From: Octopus vulgaris
Lineage: Eukaryota
Assembly: GCA_951406725.2 (NCBI GenBank)
Contig: OX597818.1
Span: 21,142,001 to 21,206,000, forward strand
Length of the DNA stretch: 64,000 bases
Direction of reading: 5' to 3'
Shown: piece after piece, positions 40,286 through 52,081 of the stretch
Layout of the letters: the number at the start of each line of letters is the position of its first letter
How positions within the stretch are numbered: position 1 is the first letter of the stretch
The notes under the pieces: generated by a model
Told to the model about the DNA's origin: nothing
Database searches by the model: none
The model's input: only the letters and a program-made list of their open reading frames with translations
Program-made: the position numbers and the translations under genes

Positions 40286-41621
40286 TCAAAACTGCAACAC
40301 ACCTACCATCCAAACAAGAGTAACCAACTTCACTCTTCAAAGCAACAGCTATAACAGCAACATCATTGATGCCAACTTCAATGTCATTTTGCTTCTATCA
40401 CCGCCACCACCAACACCACATAACAATAACATTGCAAATTCAATCATGTCACCCCTAAAAACATAAACAACAACAACAACAAACCTAGCCTCTTCAACTG
40501 CTACTTCTGCCTGCACTACCACCACACTCACCTTATCACCATCACTGACACTCTACCATCACCATCGCTTCACCACCTCTGTTCCATCACTCCCCATCGT
40601 CACTATCATCCTACCATTGTCCCACTACTGTCACCACCATCACCATCATCATCATCATCATCACCATCAGCAAGGTTACTACTGCCACCACAACCAGCAA
40701 ACAACTCACTTAAACATTTCTTTCTTCCCCCCTACAACTCCTCTTCTCTCCTGATAATTAGTAAAGTTGCATCTTTGAAGCTGCTAACAACAACAACAAC
40801 AACAATTAAATTGATGGAGGTGAGGGTGGGAGGGAGAAATCAATACCTTTTTTCACTATTGATTTCAGATCTTTGTTGTTGTTGTTACTCTTGTTGTAGT
40901 TGTTGTTTTTCTGGTTGTGTTTAGAGATGGGTGCTGACAGTTTTGTTACTTTCCTTTCAATTTTTATGTTGTATTTAACTTTTTGTTTAAATAGAATTTG
41001 AATTTCTTGTATATAAACCCCAAACATTCTCTCTCTCTCTCTCTCATTTATTCAACTGATGGCACTTGCCTTATTTTACTTTCACATTCATGTGAAACTT
41101 AAAATAACAGGAACCAGTATCAGCCAAATAAATGTAATTATACTCTGTACCATGTATTGTGTACTTTTTGCCTTACTCGTTAGAAACATTATTATGTATG
41201 TGTGTGTGTGTGTGTGTGTACACACTCTGATGGTTGTTTTTTTTTTTCTTTTGTCATGGTTGTGGGTTTGTTTGATTCAATGACTCTGAGAGCAATGCCT
41301 TCAAGAATCTGCTACTAATACTCCAAGTTGGACCATCCATAGTAATAAGGTCAAAAAAAAAAAAAGGCTCAGCCGACTGAACATGACCAACACTATTTCA
41401 AGACAACACCATCCCCTTCCAGCAGCAGCTGAACAAACATTTGCAGACAACAACACTGCTTGTCCCAACAACATTTAAATTGGCAGAAGAGAGCAATGCC
41501 TGATAGACTCTGTGTGTGTGTGTGTGTGTGTGTTTGTGAGAGAGAAAGAGAGAGAGAAAGAATGTTTATGTCTCCTTGTCTTGGCATCATATGATTGTTG
41601 TAAGTGAATGTCGTTTATTTC

Positions 41622-41842
41622 TTATTTCTTTACTGTCCACAAAGGGCTACACACAGAGGGGACAAACAAGGACAGACAAATGGATTAAGTTGATTATATT
41701 GACCCCAATGTGCAACTGGTACTTATTTAATCGACCCCGAAAGGATGAAAGGTAAAGTCGACCTCGGCAGAATTTGAACTCCCAACGTAATGGCAGACGA
41801 AATACCGCTAAGCATTTCACCCGATATGCTAACGTTTCTGCC
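41622..41842 (-). mobile_element. SINE family C inserted in an older SINE
   Basis: Same sequence as 26359; 19-bp TSD AGTGAATGTC(G/A)TTTATTTC (41603-41621, 41843-41861). Confidence 0.85.
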
Positions 41843-42314
41843 AGTGAATGTCATTTATTTCTAATATACTGCAAAAACATGTCTGGCCATGGAGAAATAT
41901 TACTTTGCTTGGAAACAGGTAAGGGTTGGTGATAGGAAGGGCAGCCAGCCATAGAAAATCTGCCTCAATAAACTTTGTCTGACCCATGCAAATATGGAAG
42001 AGTGAGCCTTGACTCTTTAGCATTTAAACAGGCCACATCCAGCCCAAATATTCTACCTGTTTATATGTTCAAACTGGCCAGATCTGTTCTCTCATACCTA
42101 TCCTGCAATGTCATTCCCAGATAAACCATCACAGCTTCAAAACCTCAAAGCTGTGAGGGTGGTGCCAAGCTGGGACACCACCCTGATGAATTTTAGTCAA
42201 ACGAATTGACCCAAGTACTTTTTTAAACCTGGCACTTATTCTTTTGATCTCTGTTCCCGAATCACTATATATGTATGTATGTACGCACGCACGTATATGT
42301 ATATATATATACGA

Positions 42315-43080
42315 TCCAAGTTGAACACTGGGATCAGCGTAACTGACCCTCTGCCAAAATTTCAGGCCTTGTGCCTATAGTAGAAAGGATTATCATTATT
42401 ATTATTATTATTGTTATTAGTAAGGTGGCGAGCTGGCAGAGTTGTTAGTACACCAGGTGAAATGCTTAGCAGTATTTCATCTGCTGCTACGTTCTGAGTT
42501 CAAATTCCGCCCAGGTCAACTTTGCCTTTCATCCTTTCGGGGTTGATAAATTAAGTACCAGTTGCATACTGGGGTCAATCTAATTGACTGGCCCCCTCCC
42601 CCAAAATGCCACAAAGTACTTAGTGGCATTTCATCCATCTTTACATTCTGAATTCAAATTTCACCAAGATCATCTTTGTCTTCCATCCTTTTGGGGTTGG
42701 TAAAATAAAGTACCAGTCAAGTACTGAGGTTGATGTTATCGGCTGGCTGTGCCAAACTTTGAAACTATTAACATTATTATTATTGTTAAGGCAGCAAACT
42801 AGCAGAATTGCTAACACACCAAACAATATGCTTAGTAGCATCTCATCCAACGTTACATTCTTGTCCAAATTCTGCCATGGTTCACTTTGCCTTTCGTCCT
42901 TTCAGGTCTTTGAAGTAAGTACCAGTTGAACACTGAGATTGATGCAACAGACTTTCCCCCTTCCCATTAATTTCAGGTGCCTTGTGCTTATATAGAAAGG
43001 ATTATTATTATTATTATTATTATTATTTAGTAGTAGTAGTAAACTGGCAAATCTTTTCAAGATCGACTTTGCTTTTCAAC
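42315..43080 (+). mobile_element. Tandem cluster of SINE family C copies with (ATT)n tails
   Basis: Repeated tttcatccttt...gataaa...aagtaccag cores and ccttgtgc...agaaaggattattatt tails; similar minus-strand clusters at about 27370-28590 and 54150-54910. Confidence 0.75.
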
Positions 43081-43084
43081 TTAA

Positions 43085-43303
43085 CCCTTTAGTATTCAGA
43101 TTTTTCTGTCAAAAATAATACTTATTGATTCATATTGTTTTCAATTAAACAAGCATTATTTCGTCATTTCAAAATTTTGATGATGTAATTGTTTATTTTT
43201 AGAATGATGTTATTGGGTAGGTGTGAGGGACCAGATCTGGTCAGTTTGGATATAAAACACTAGAATTATTTGGCCAGTTATGGCCGGTTTAAATGCTAAA
43301 GGG
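43085..43303. mobile_element. piggyBac-like MITE (CCCTTTAGCATT family)
   Basis: TTAA CCCTTTAGTATT ... AATGCTAAAGGG TTA; relatives at 51558-51776, about 25965-26165 and about 42012-42150. Confidence 0.7.
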
Positions 43304-44271
43304 TTACTGGTTTGGTTAGCATGAATACAGTGCCTGTCAAGTACCAGGCTCAATGTAATTAACTACCCCCCCACACACACACACACACACACTTAAAATT
43401 ACAGGTCATGTGCTTAGTCAGAAGCATCGACTATGATGATGCAGCAGCAGCAGCAAGCAGGGGTGAAATAGTAAAGCACCTGGCTCAATGCTCTATGTTC
43501 TGAGTTCCACCTTCTCATCACTGATAAGGTGGAAGTTTCAAATAAAATAACACTTAGTACCAGTCTGGTACTTGAATCAACTCTGTCAACTGACTACTTT
43601 GTGTGTGTTTGCAAAAATTATATGATACAATCACTATGTATAAAATATGATTTTCTTAAAAGTTATTACCAATTTTATGCCATGGGACCTTCTGGAAAGA
43701 AGTTTTCATATTGTCTGTATTTTGTGTGTATGCACTTTTGTTGTTCAGTAATGAAAGTGCTGACACACAAAAGACACAATTCTTTCCTAAAAGTTTGCAA
43801 CATTCTGTTTTTAAAAATATATTTTTAAATAGAATTTCTAAGAAAATCTTTTTCTTTATATATATAATATACATCATCATCATCACCATTTAAAGTCTAC
43901 TTCTCCATGCTTGCATGGGTCAGACATGTAATTTATTGAGGTAAATTTTTCTACCACTGGTGCTCTTCCTCTCACCAATCTTCACCTGTCTCCAAGCCAA
44001 GTAATATTTCTCTTGTTTAGACATGTTTTCCATGGAGAAATGAAAATGAACAACATACTTGTTTGATGGTGATGCTTGTTTACAATCATCACATGATGTC
44101 AAAGCAAGTGTACACACACACATATACATACAACAGGCTTCTTTTCAGTGTCCGTCTACCAAATCCACTAATAAGGATTTGGACATTTGCCTAAGATGCC
44201 ATCCAGTGGGACTGAACCCAAGTTCACATGACTGGGAAACAAGTTTCTCAACCACATGGCCACACCTGTGC

Positions 44272-44457
<186 letters not shown>

Positions 44458-45895
44458 ACAAACTGGCACTCCATCAGTTATGATGACGAGGGTTCTAGTT
44501 GATCTAACCAACAGAACAGCCTACACATAAAATTAACATGCATATAGCTGAGCACTCCACAGACAAGTGCATCTTTAATGTAGTTCTCAGGGAGATTCAG
44601 TATGACACAGAGTATGACAATGTTGACCCTTTGAAATAGAGGTACTACTCATTTTTGCCAGCTGACTGGACTGGAGCCTCGTGAAATAAAGTATCTTGCT
44701 AAAGGACACTACACGTTATGTGGAATTGAACTCACAACCTTACAATCATGAGCTGAATACCTTAACCACTAAGCCATGCACCTTCACACACAGACACGTG
44801 TACCCTTAACATAGTTCTCAGGAAGTGTGACAAGGTTGGCCCCTTTGAAATATAGATACAACAGAAACAGGAAGAAAAAGTGAGAGAAAGTTGTGGTGAA
44901 AGAATACAGCAGAGTTCGCCATCACCCCCTGCCGGAGCCTCGTGAAACTTTACATGTTTTCACTCGATAAACACTCACAACGCCTGGTCTGGGAGTCGAA
45001 ACCGCGATCCTATGACCGCGAGTCCGCTGCCCTAACTACTGGGCCACTGTGCCTCCACATGTGTATGTATATGTATATATAAATACCCAGTTCCTCAACA
45101 AGCCTTATGCCAATGTAGAGGAACCATTAAAATCAATTTTTAAAAATCAATTCTTCACATCATTCCTTCCAACCTGTTCAAAAACCTCAGTCATTTGGCA
45201 GTGGCGGGGGTGGAGAAGTGGGGGAGTGTTGCTCTCACTTTTCATGTCCCCCCCCACTTCTCTTAATTTCTTTCCTTTTATCTTCTGCTTCTTTTTCATA
45301 TCATATTTTCCTTCTCTCTTCATGTTCTTTTTCTTTTCTTTGTTTCCCTTACTCTTTACTTCTTCACCTCCACCTCCACCTCACTCCTGCCTCAGCTTTT
45401 CTTTGATCCCTATTTGTGCTTTTTTTTTCTTTTCTTTTTCATGTTTCTTTTTGTTGTTTTTTTTCCTTTTTCTCATTTTCATCTTCATTCTGATTTCGTT
45501 TCATTGTTTTTTATATATTTGTCTCAACATCATCATGCTTTCCCTTCTCTGATCATTGTTATCATTATTAATGTTACTAATAATAATAACAATAATTATT
45601 ATTATTATTATTATTATTAAATGAGAATGCATTATCTCTGTGTGTATATATAAACACACACACACACACACACACACTATTCTCATTCTTTATAATGTAG
45701 CAACAAGGGATTTTGTTCCCTTTGTTGCAATTAGTTATTGTTGTTGTTACAATCATCATCATCATCATCATCAATATTATTATTATTGTTGTTTTCATCA
45801 CTAAATTTCTTCAAATTGACTATTTCTTAACACCTGCAGTTTCTTTTATTTTCTACTTCTTACTTTTCTTTCTCTCTCCCTCTCTCTTTCTCCCT

Positions 45896-45927
<32 letters not shown>

Positions 45928-46719
45928 ATCTAACTAGCGAGCTTTCTCTTTTTTCTCTCTCACTCTTTTCTTTAACCTAATGAAAGCAACATCAACTCTT
46001 AAACACATCATCACTGAGCTGTGTATAATAGTTTGTTTTTGTTTTTGTTTTTTGTTATTTTTGTTTTGTTTTTTTTTTCTCTTGATGATGTTGATGCATT
46101 TGTTGTTGTTGATGGTAAAAGCACTTTACTGGAAATGTACTGGCACTAACACATGCGTACACATGCTCACTTGTATGTGTTCATGCAAATGGTACCTTGC
46201 ACACACACACACACACATGCATATTTGCATGCATACATGCCAACAATTATGCACATGTATTCATCCACACATGAATGCACACACTTATACATACTCATGC
46301 ATATGCAGACTCATGTAAATATTCATATACAGTGCACAATCATACACACAACATGCACACACATACACACACACATGCTCAAAGAAATACAAACACCATT
46401 CATATACATCACGTGTTAGTACTATATGCACCAATACTTGCACATGCATGCTCTCACATACACATACAAACACAAACAAACAAACAAACAAACAAAAGGA
46501 TGATTGTGGAGTTTGGCAGAAATGGTGAGGTAATGCACTGAATACCTTTCTGTATTTAGTTTTGTCCTTTTACAGTTGTGTTTCATAATAGAAATTTGGA
46601 GAAGAAAGAAATTACTTTTTAAATTTCATTTTATTTTCATTTTTGCATCTGATAGAATTTTTGATTTTATAAGTAAATCTTGTAATTTCTAAAGCTTTTG
46701 AGAGGAAAGCGTTGTAGTA

Positions 46720-47400
46720 ATAGTCACTGGTCCCCCAAAGGTGGCTACTGGGTTGCAGAGGCAGTTGTTAGATCAGTGGTTTTCAACCAGGGTTCCAACA
46801 GTACAGTCCAGGGGTTCCGCAAGAAGTTACAAAACTGCTAAAATCGGCAGTAATTTTTAATTCTCCTGTGCAGATATGTGTGCATAAGACTATTAAATTA
46901 TTGCACAGGGGTTCCTCGAGCCAGTGGAATGTTTCCTTGGGGTTCCGCTCCAGCAAAAAGTTTGAAAAGCACTGTGTTAGATCATAGTAACAACTATCAA
47001 GTTATAGAGGTAGTCATGGGTTATAATAGTAACCATTAGAATTGAAGAGACAGTTGTTGGGTTGTAGTAATCTTGGGTCATAGAAGAAGCAAATGGAGTG
47101 TAAAGGTGGTTGCTGAGTTATAGTGACAACAATTGGGTTGTAAAAGCATTCGTTTGGTCATATTGGAAGTCATTTGGTTATAGGAACAGTTGTTTGGTCA
47201 TAGGAGCAGTCATTTGGTCATATTGAAGGTCATTTGACTGTAGAAGCAGTCATTTGGTTATACTGTAAGCTCTTTGGTTGTAAAAAGTTGTTTGGTTGCA
47301 GAAACAATCTCTGGGTAGTCAAAGTAACATACAAAGTACTCATGGCCATGTATAGACAGTCATTGGGTTGCAGGAAAACCTATTGTGTTGTAGTAGAAAA
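46720..47400. repeat. Degenerate 20-bp-period minisatellite (TTTGGTYRTAGNAGCAGTCA-like), interrupted by the hAT MITE
   Basis: Exact 20-bp register at 47153, 47173, 47193, 47213, 47233, 47253 and 47273. Confidence 0.75.
46774..46974. mobile_element. hAT MITE
   Basis: TIRs CAGTGGTTTTCAACC / GTTTGAAAAGCACTG; perfect 8-bp TSD TGTTAGAT (46766-46773, 46975-46982). Confidence 0.85.
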
Positions 47401-47715
47401 ACTGAAGGCTTTGTTTGCAAATCAGCTTGGTGGAGTATTCCCCTCCTTTTTCAAGTTACGTTCACATAATGGACTTCAAATCAATACTGTAAGCTTTAAG
47501 GTGAGAGAAAATGCTTTTTAGATATGTGCTGGAGTATCCCATTACTTTACTTATATAATTATTCAGGTTTTGTTCAGCTAGGCACCCAGTTCAAATCCTG
47601 CACAAACCTTGAACTTTTATGTCTGGCTTTGATAAAATAACTACATATGATATAGTGGGATTGATTCAGGTGACTTCTCCCACCCCATCTCCCGTCACAC
47701 ACACGCACATACACA

Positions 47716-47799
<84 letters not shown>

Positions 47800-48948
47800 T
47801 ACACACATGCACAGTGAATTGGCTTTGTGCCTAGTCAAAAATTAATCAATATTGATTTTAGTAATAGTGCTATGCTGAACTGTTCCCACACCTGCACTCA
47901 CAGACTCACACACACACACACACACACACACAATAACAGACAAAAGAAATAACCAAAGCAATAAAAGCTTCTGTGGCACCACCCCTGGCTCCATGCTTGC
48001 TGACACTCTTTCAAATCACCCACCTTAGCTTCACATGAATAATATATCAGATCTTATATATTAATGTAGAAAGTCTATTTTGTGTTAGAAAGTCTAGAAA
48101 TTCCAGCGACAGCAGTCATCCTACTCTTCCTCCTTGTCATCACAATCATCATTATCAGTTCTACATATACAGTTTTGTTTTGGGGAGTTTTTCGGGGTGG
48201 GGCGGGTGGTTCCTTCTAATCTACTTCGGGTTGGATATAGATTTGCAGTGCATCAGTTTCCAATACATTTCAGTTTTGCCTCTTCTATGAATTCTTTTAT
48301 TGTTGTAGGTCTGCTTTGAATGGGTTTTTTTTTAAGCTCTTGTTCTCTATATACACACACACTGCTTTCACATTGCAGGCATCACCACAAGGCACTTATC
48401 CTTAAGTGTACATACACACACACACCTACTCCCTGTCAGGGCTTGTTCTTATCTGTTAACAAACTGGACTGACTCTAGAGAGTCAACCAAAATGAAGTGT
48501 GCATCTAATTGTGTAGATATGGGTGTACAATGAAAAAAAAAAGTGACACCACATGAGTGAACCTTACAGAGGAACGAAAGTGCTGAATATGTGTTTATAT
48601 ATGTGTGGTATCTTTTATATTTTACTTGTTTCAATCATTAGACTCTGGCCATGATGAGACACCCACTTGAAGAATTTTAGTCAAATGAATCCATCCCTGT
48701 ACTTTTTTGCTTTAGTCCTGGTACTTATTTTATTGGTCTCTTTGCCAAACTAAGTTACAGGGATGTAAATACATCAACATTGGTTGTCAAGCAATAGTTA
48801 GTGACAAACACAGACACAAAGGGACGCACACACATGTACACACATACATACATATATACATACATATATATAATTGATATAGGATAAAAAAATTTTTATC
48901 AATGGCCAGCATATCAAAAAATGCCTTTAAAGGTAAAATTTATACATA

Positions 48949-49186
48949 ATTTACAAGATAAGGGCAGAAGAAAAATTCTAATGCCAGATATGCCGAAACA
49001 AAAAATTTGTCGATAACCATTAAATTTATGCGTCTCGAAACAAACCGATAGAAATCTCTAAAAAATTCGTTATTACCGTATTGGTCCAATTTCGGGGTTA
49101 ATTCACAAGAAATTTAATGGTTATCGACAAATTTTTTGTTTCGGCGTATCTGGCATTAGAATTTTTCTTCTGCCCTTATCTTGTAA

Positions 49187-49188
<2 letters not shown>
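48949..49188. repeat. Long inverted repeat: 79-bp arms (48949-49027, 49110-49188), one mismatch, 82-bp spacer
   Basis: atttacaagataagggcagaag...gataaccattaaattt versus aaatttaatggttatc...cttctgcccttatcttgtaaat. Confidence 0.95.
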
Positions 49189-49225
<37 letters not shown>

Positions 49226-50604
49226 TATACAATAGGCTTCTTTCAGTTTCCTACTCACAATGCTTTGGGCAGCCCAAAGCTATAGTAGAAGACACCTGCT
49301 CAAGGTGTCACACAATGGGACTGAACTCTGACTCATGTGGTAGGAAGCAAGCTTAAGGGTGGAGATAATGTGATTTGTCTTGATTTGTAAGGGTAGTGTG
49401 GTTCACGTGTACCTGAATAATGTTTGATTGTTTGTGCTAATGAATAGGAAGAGAATCTTTTCAGTAATTTGTTCTATGGATTATTTGTGAGTTTCATCAC
49501 TGTTTTAAAGGTTCATCTTTCCACCCTGCCACATGCTTGACAGATTTGTCTGACAAACATATTAACACTTTTATCATATGATCTTTAATTAATTTGCATT
49601 GAAGTGTGACATATGATCAAAAACATTCCATCAGTGGCCATCCTATCTTTTCTTCATGCGCTTTATGTTATCTCATGTCCAAGATAACATTATCCGGTGT
49701 ATCCTTTTCTAGGACAGTAGGTATTTATTGAGGGATATATGGCCGCTATATTTAGAGGGTCAAGCAACCACTTGTCATATCTATGAGGGCCCAGTATCTG
49801 GTGTTTTAACTTCACTCCTTCATGGATTTTTGTTAATGTTTCTCTATCAAAGCTATCTCCCATTCATTGACAAATCAAGATGATGATGGAGTAATGTAAA
49901 AAAGATTAGGTTAGAAAACATATACATGCACACACGTACATATTCACACAGGCTCTTATTGTTTCTCCCTCAAAGAAGTAAAGAACATCCTCATAACATT
50001 TAGAAAGCCTTCCCAGACTGGTAGTAACAAGGTAACTGGTATGCAGTATAAACTTCTGCTAGTTGATGCCTGTTGGGGAAAACGATGAGGACTGAATGAA
50101 GTTTAAGAATGTAGTAGTTCTAGAAAGGAAGAATTAGCTAAAGACTATTCTTGGTGGAGGAGGAGATAGGCAGAGGAGTTGTGGTGGTGGGGGTGGGGGA
50201 AAACAGGCACATTGAGTGGATTTGGCTAGTTTGAAACAGCTGGAACTGTGATCCTAAAACCAAGGTGTCACATAAAAAGCATTGGTGTGGGTGGTGATGC
50301 CATGTAAAAAGCATCCAGTATGCTTTTTAAAGTGGTTAGCATTAGGAAGGGTACCCAGCTGTAAAAACCAAGCCAAAACAGACTATAGAACCTGATGTGG
50401 CCCCTGACCTTGCCAGTTCCTATCAAGTTGTCCAACCCATGCCAGCATGGAAAACAGATATGTATGATGATGATGATAATGATGGTGGTAGTTGTGGTGG
50501 TTATCATTATCATCACCCTTCTCCAAGACAGGAAGGGTGGGGTTTGAGAGAGATTTACCTTGAGCGTCTCCATATGTGCTCCTTCATTGGTTCATAATAA
50601 TATT

Positions 50605-50827
50605 CAAACATCTCAAAAGTAAATAGACACTCCTCATTGTACTGTTTTATTATTTTCCAAAATTTCTCATTACTACGATGCCCAAATGGGTTAAATCATT
50701 AAAAACTACACAAGGCATGTCTGCTAAATACTAGATGAAATATTTAAATCCATCAAATTATATTATTTTACTTCTAGAAATAAAGCTTCCAAAACATGAA
50801 GGTGTCTATTTACTTTTGATAAGTCTG
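50605..50827. mobile_element. Tc1-like MITE
   Basis: Inverted TCAAAAGTAAATAGACAC / GTGTCTATTTACTTTTGA; right end ...CTG|TA. Confidence 0.65.
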
Positions 50828-51557
50828 TATATTTCATAGTGAGGAGAATGAAGCGTCTTCCATATTTCTTTTATATTTTTTCACATTCTGTGTTCAGTTC
50901 CCAAATGTGTTTTTTTATCCTCAAGTGAGTCCCTCACAATATTTAGTGTTGAATCCTTAATATAACATAATAACAAAATAATCATCATCATTATGACCAT
51001 CATCACCATCTAACATCAGTTTTCCATGCTGGCATAAGGTTGAACAGTTTGGCAGGAACCAGTAAGCCAGAGTATTGTGCTAAGTCCCAATGTCTGCTTT
51101 GACATAGTTTCTACAGTTGGATGCCCTTCTTTAAGCCAACCATTTTACACAGTGTACTCGGTGCTTGTTATATGGCACTGGCGCAAGTCAGGTTGCCAAG
51201 TACTACGGGGTACCCAAAAGTAACCAGAAAGTACTCTGTAGAACAAGCCCATTGTAGTTCAGGCTTCCTGCTGCTAGAAGCCACTTAGTGGCTGACAATA
51301 TGTGCATCTCTGAGGATGAGCAGGAGTAGTGTGGGAGCATCATAGCCATGTGTTGAGAGGGTTTGAATAAATGTAACAAAAACAAAACTTGAAAATATTT
51401 GCCATTTTTCATACTTTCAAGAGGTAAGCAAATATGAAATAACAGTTGCTATCCAAAGGAGAAAAATTGTGTCACACAGTTAATGTATGTGTCCTCCACA
51501 ATGTCCTTATTTTGATTCAATCTCAATTCAAATTATTTACCAAGCAAATGCAGTTAA

Positions 51558-51776
51558 CCCTTTAGCATTTAAGCCAGCCATATCCAGTCAAAATATTCTA
51601 CTTGTTTGATAGTCCAACTGACCAGATCCGACTTCTCATACCTACTCTACTATGTCAGTCCAAAAATAAAGTCTCATCATTGAAATCTCAAGGCTTCAAT
51701 ATAATGCAGGATATATTCAAAAACAATGTGAATAAATAAGCGTTATATTTGACTGAATAATGTGAATGTTAAATGA
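51558..51776. mobile_element. piggyBac-like MITE, same family as 43085, opposite orientation
   Basis: TTAA CCCTTTAGCATTT start; interior is the reverse complement of 43085-43303; degenerate right end before TTAA. Confidence 0.65.
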
Positions 51777-51916
51777 TTAAATATTGTTTTTTTATGTATG
51801 TTTGTACAAAAATTTCCTTGCTTTTGTTTGAATGGGGGATATTAATTGATCATTTTGCCCATTAAAAAAATTTATAAATTATTATTAATCTTTTATTTTA
51901 TTGGCTTTTCTTCCAG

Positions 51917-52081
51917 TTCCAGGAATCAATAACAATGAAAACCACACTTCAATGCAAATTCTACAAGCAGAAAGAAAAAGACCACTGTCTGTGGGGTACT
52001 CGGTTGAATGGAATTGAATATTTGTGTAGAATTCCAGAAGGCAGTACCTATGCAGAAATTATGGAAGAGCAATATTTATAA
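51917..52081 (+). CDS. Terminal coding exon of the same gene: FQESITMKTTLQCKFYKQKEKDHCLWGTRLNGIEYLCRIPEGSTYAEIMEEQYL*
   Basis: Long pyrimidine tract ending ttggcttttcttccag|, phase-0 open frame of 54 codons ending TAA (52079-52081), followed by T-rich 3'UTR-like sequence. Too short for the ORF track. Confidence 0.75.
   Translation, partial: FQESITMKTTLQCKFYKQKEKDHCLWGTRLNGIEYLCRIPEGSTYAEIMEEQYL

Noticed and set aside
45049-45552. 167-aa hydrophobic ORF resembling a membrane protein
   Set aside because: T/C-rich low-complexity DNA giving Phe/Leu/Ser runs; no splice or domain support.
50559-50611. Minus-strand exon-like stretch MFEYYYEPMKEHIWRRS with AAG|gtaaat
   Set aside because: The acceptor is a weak GAG lying inside the TIR of a Tc1-like MITE.
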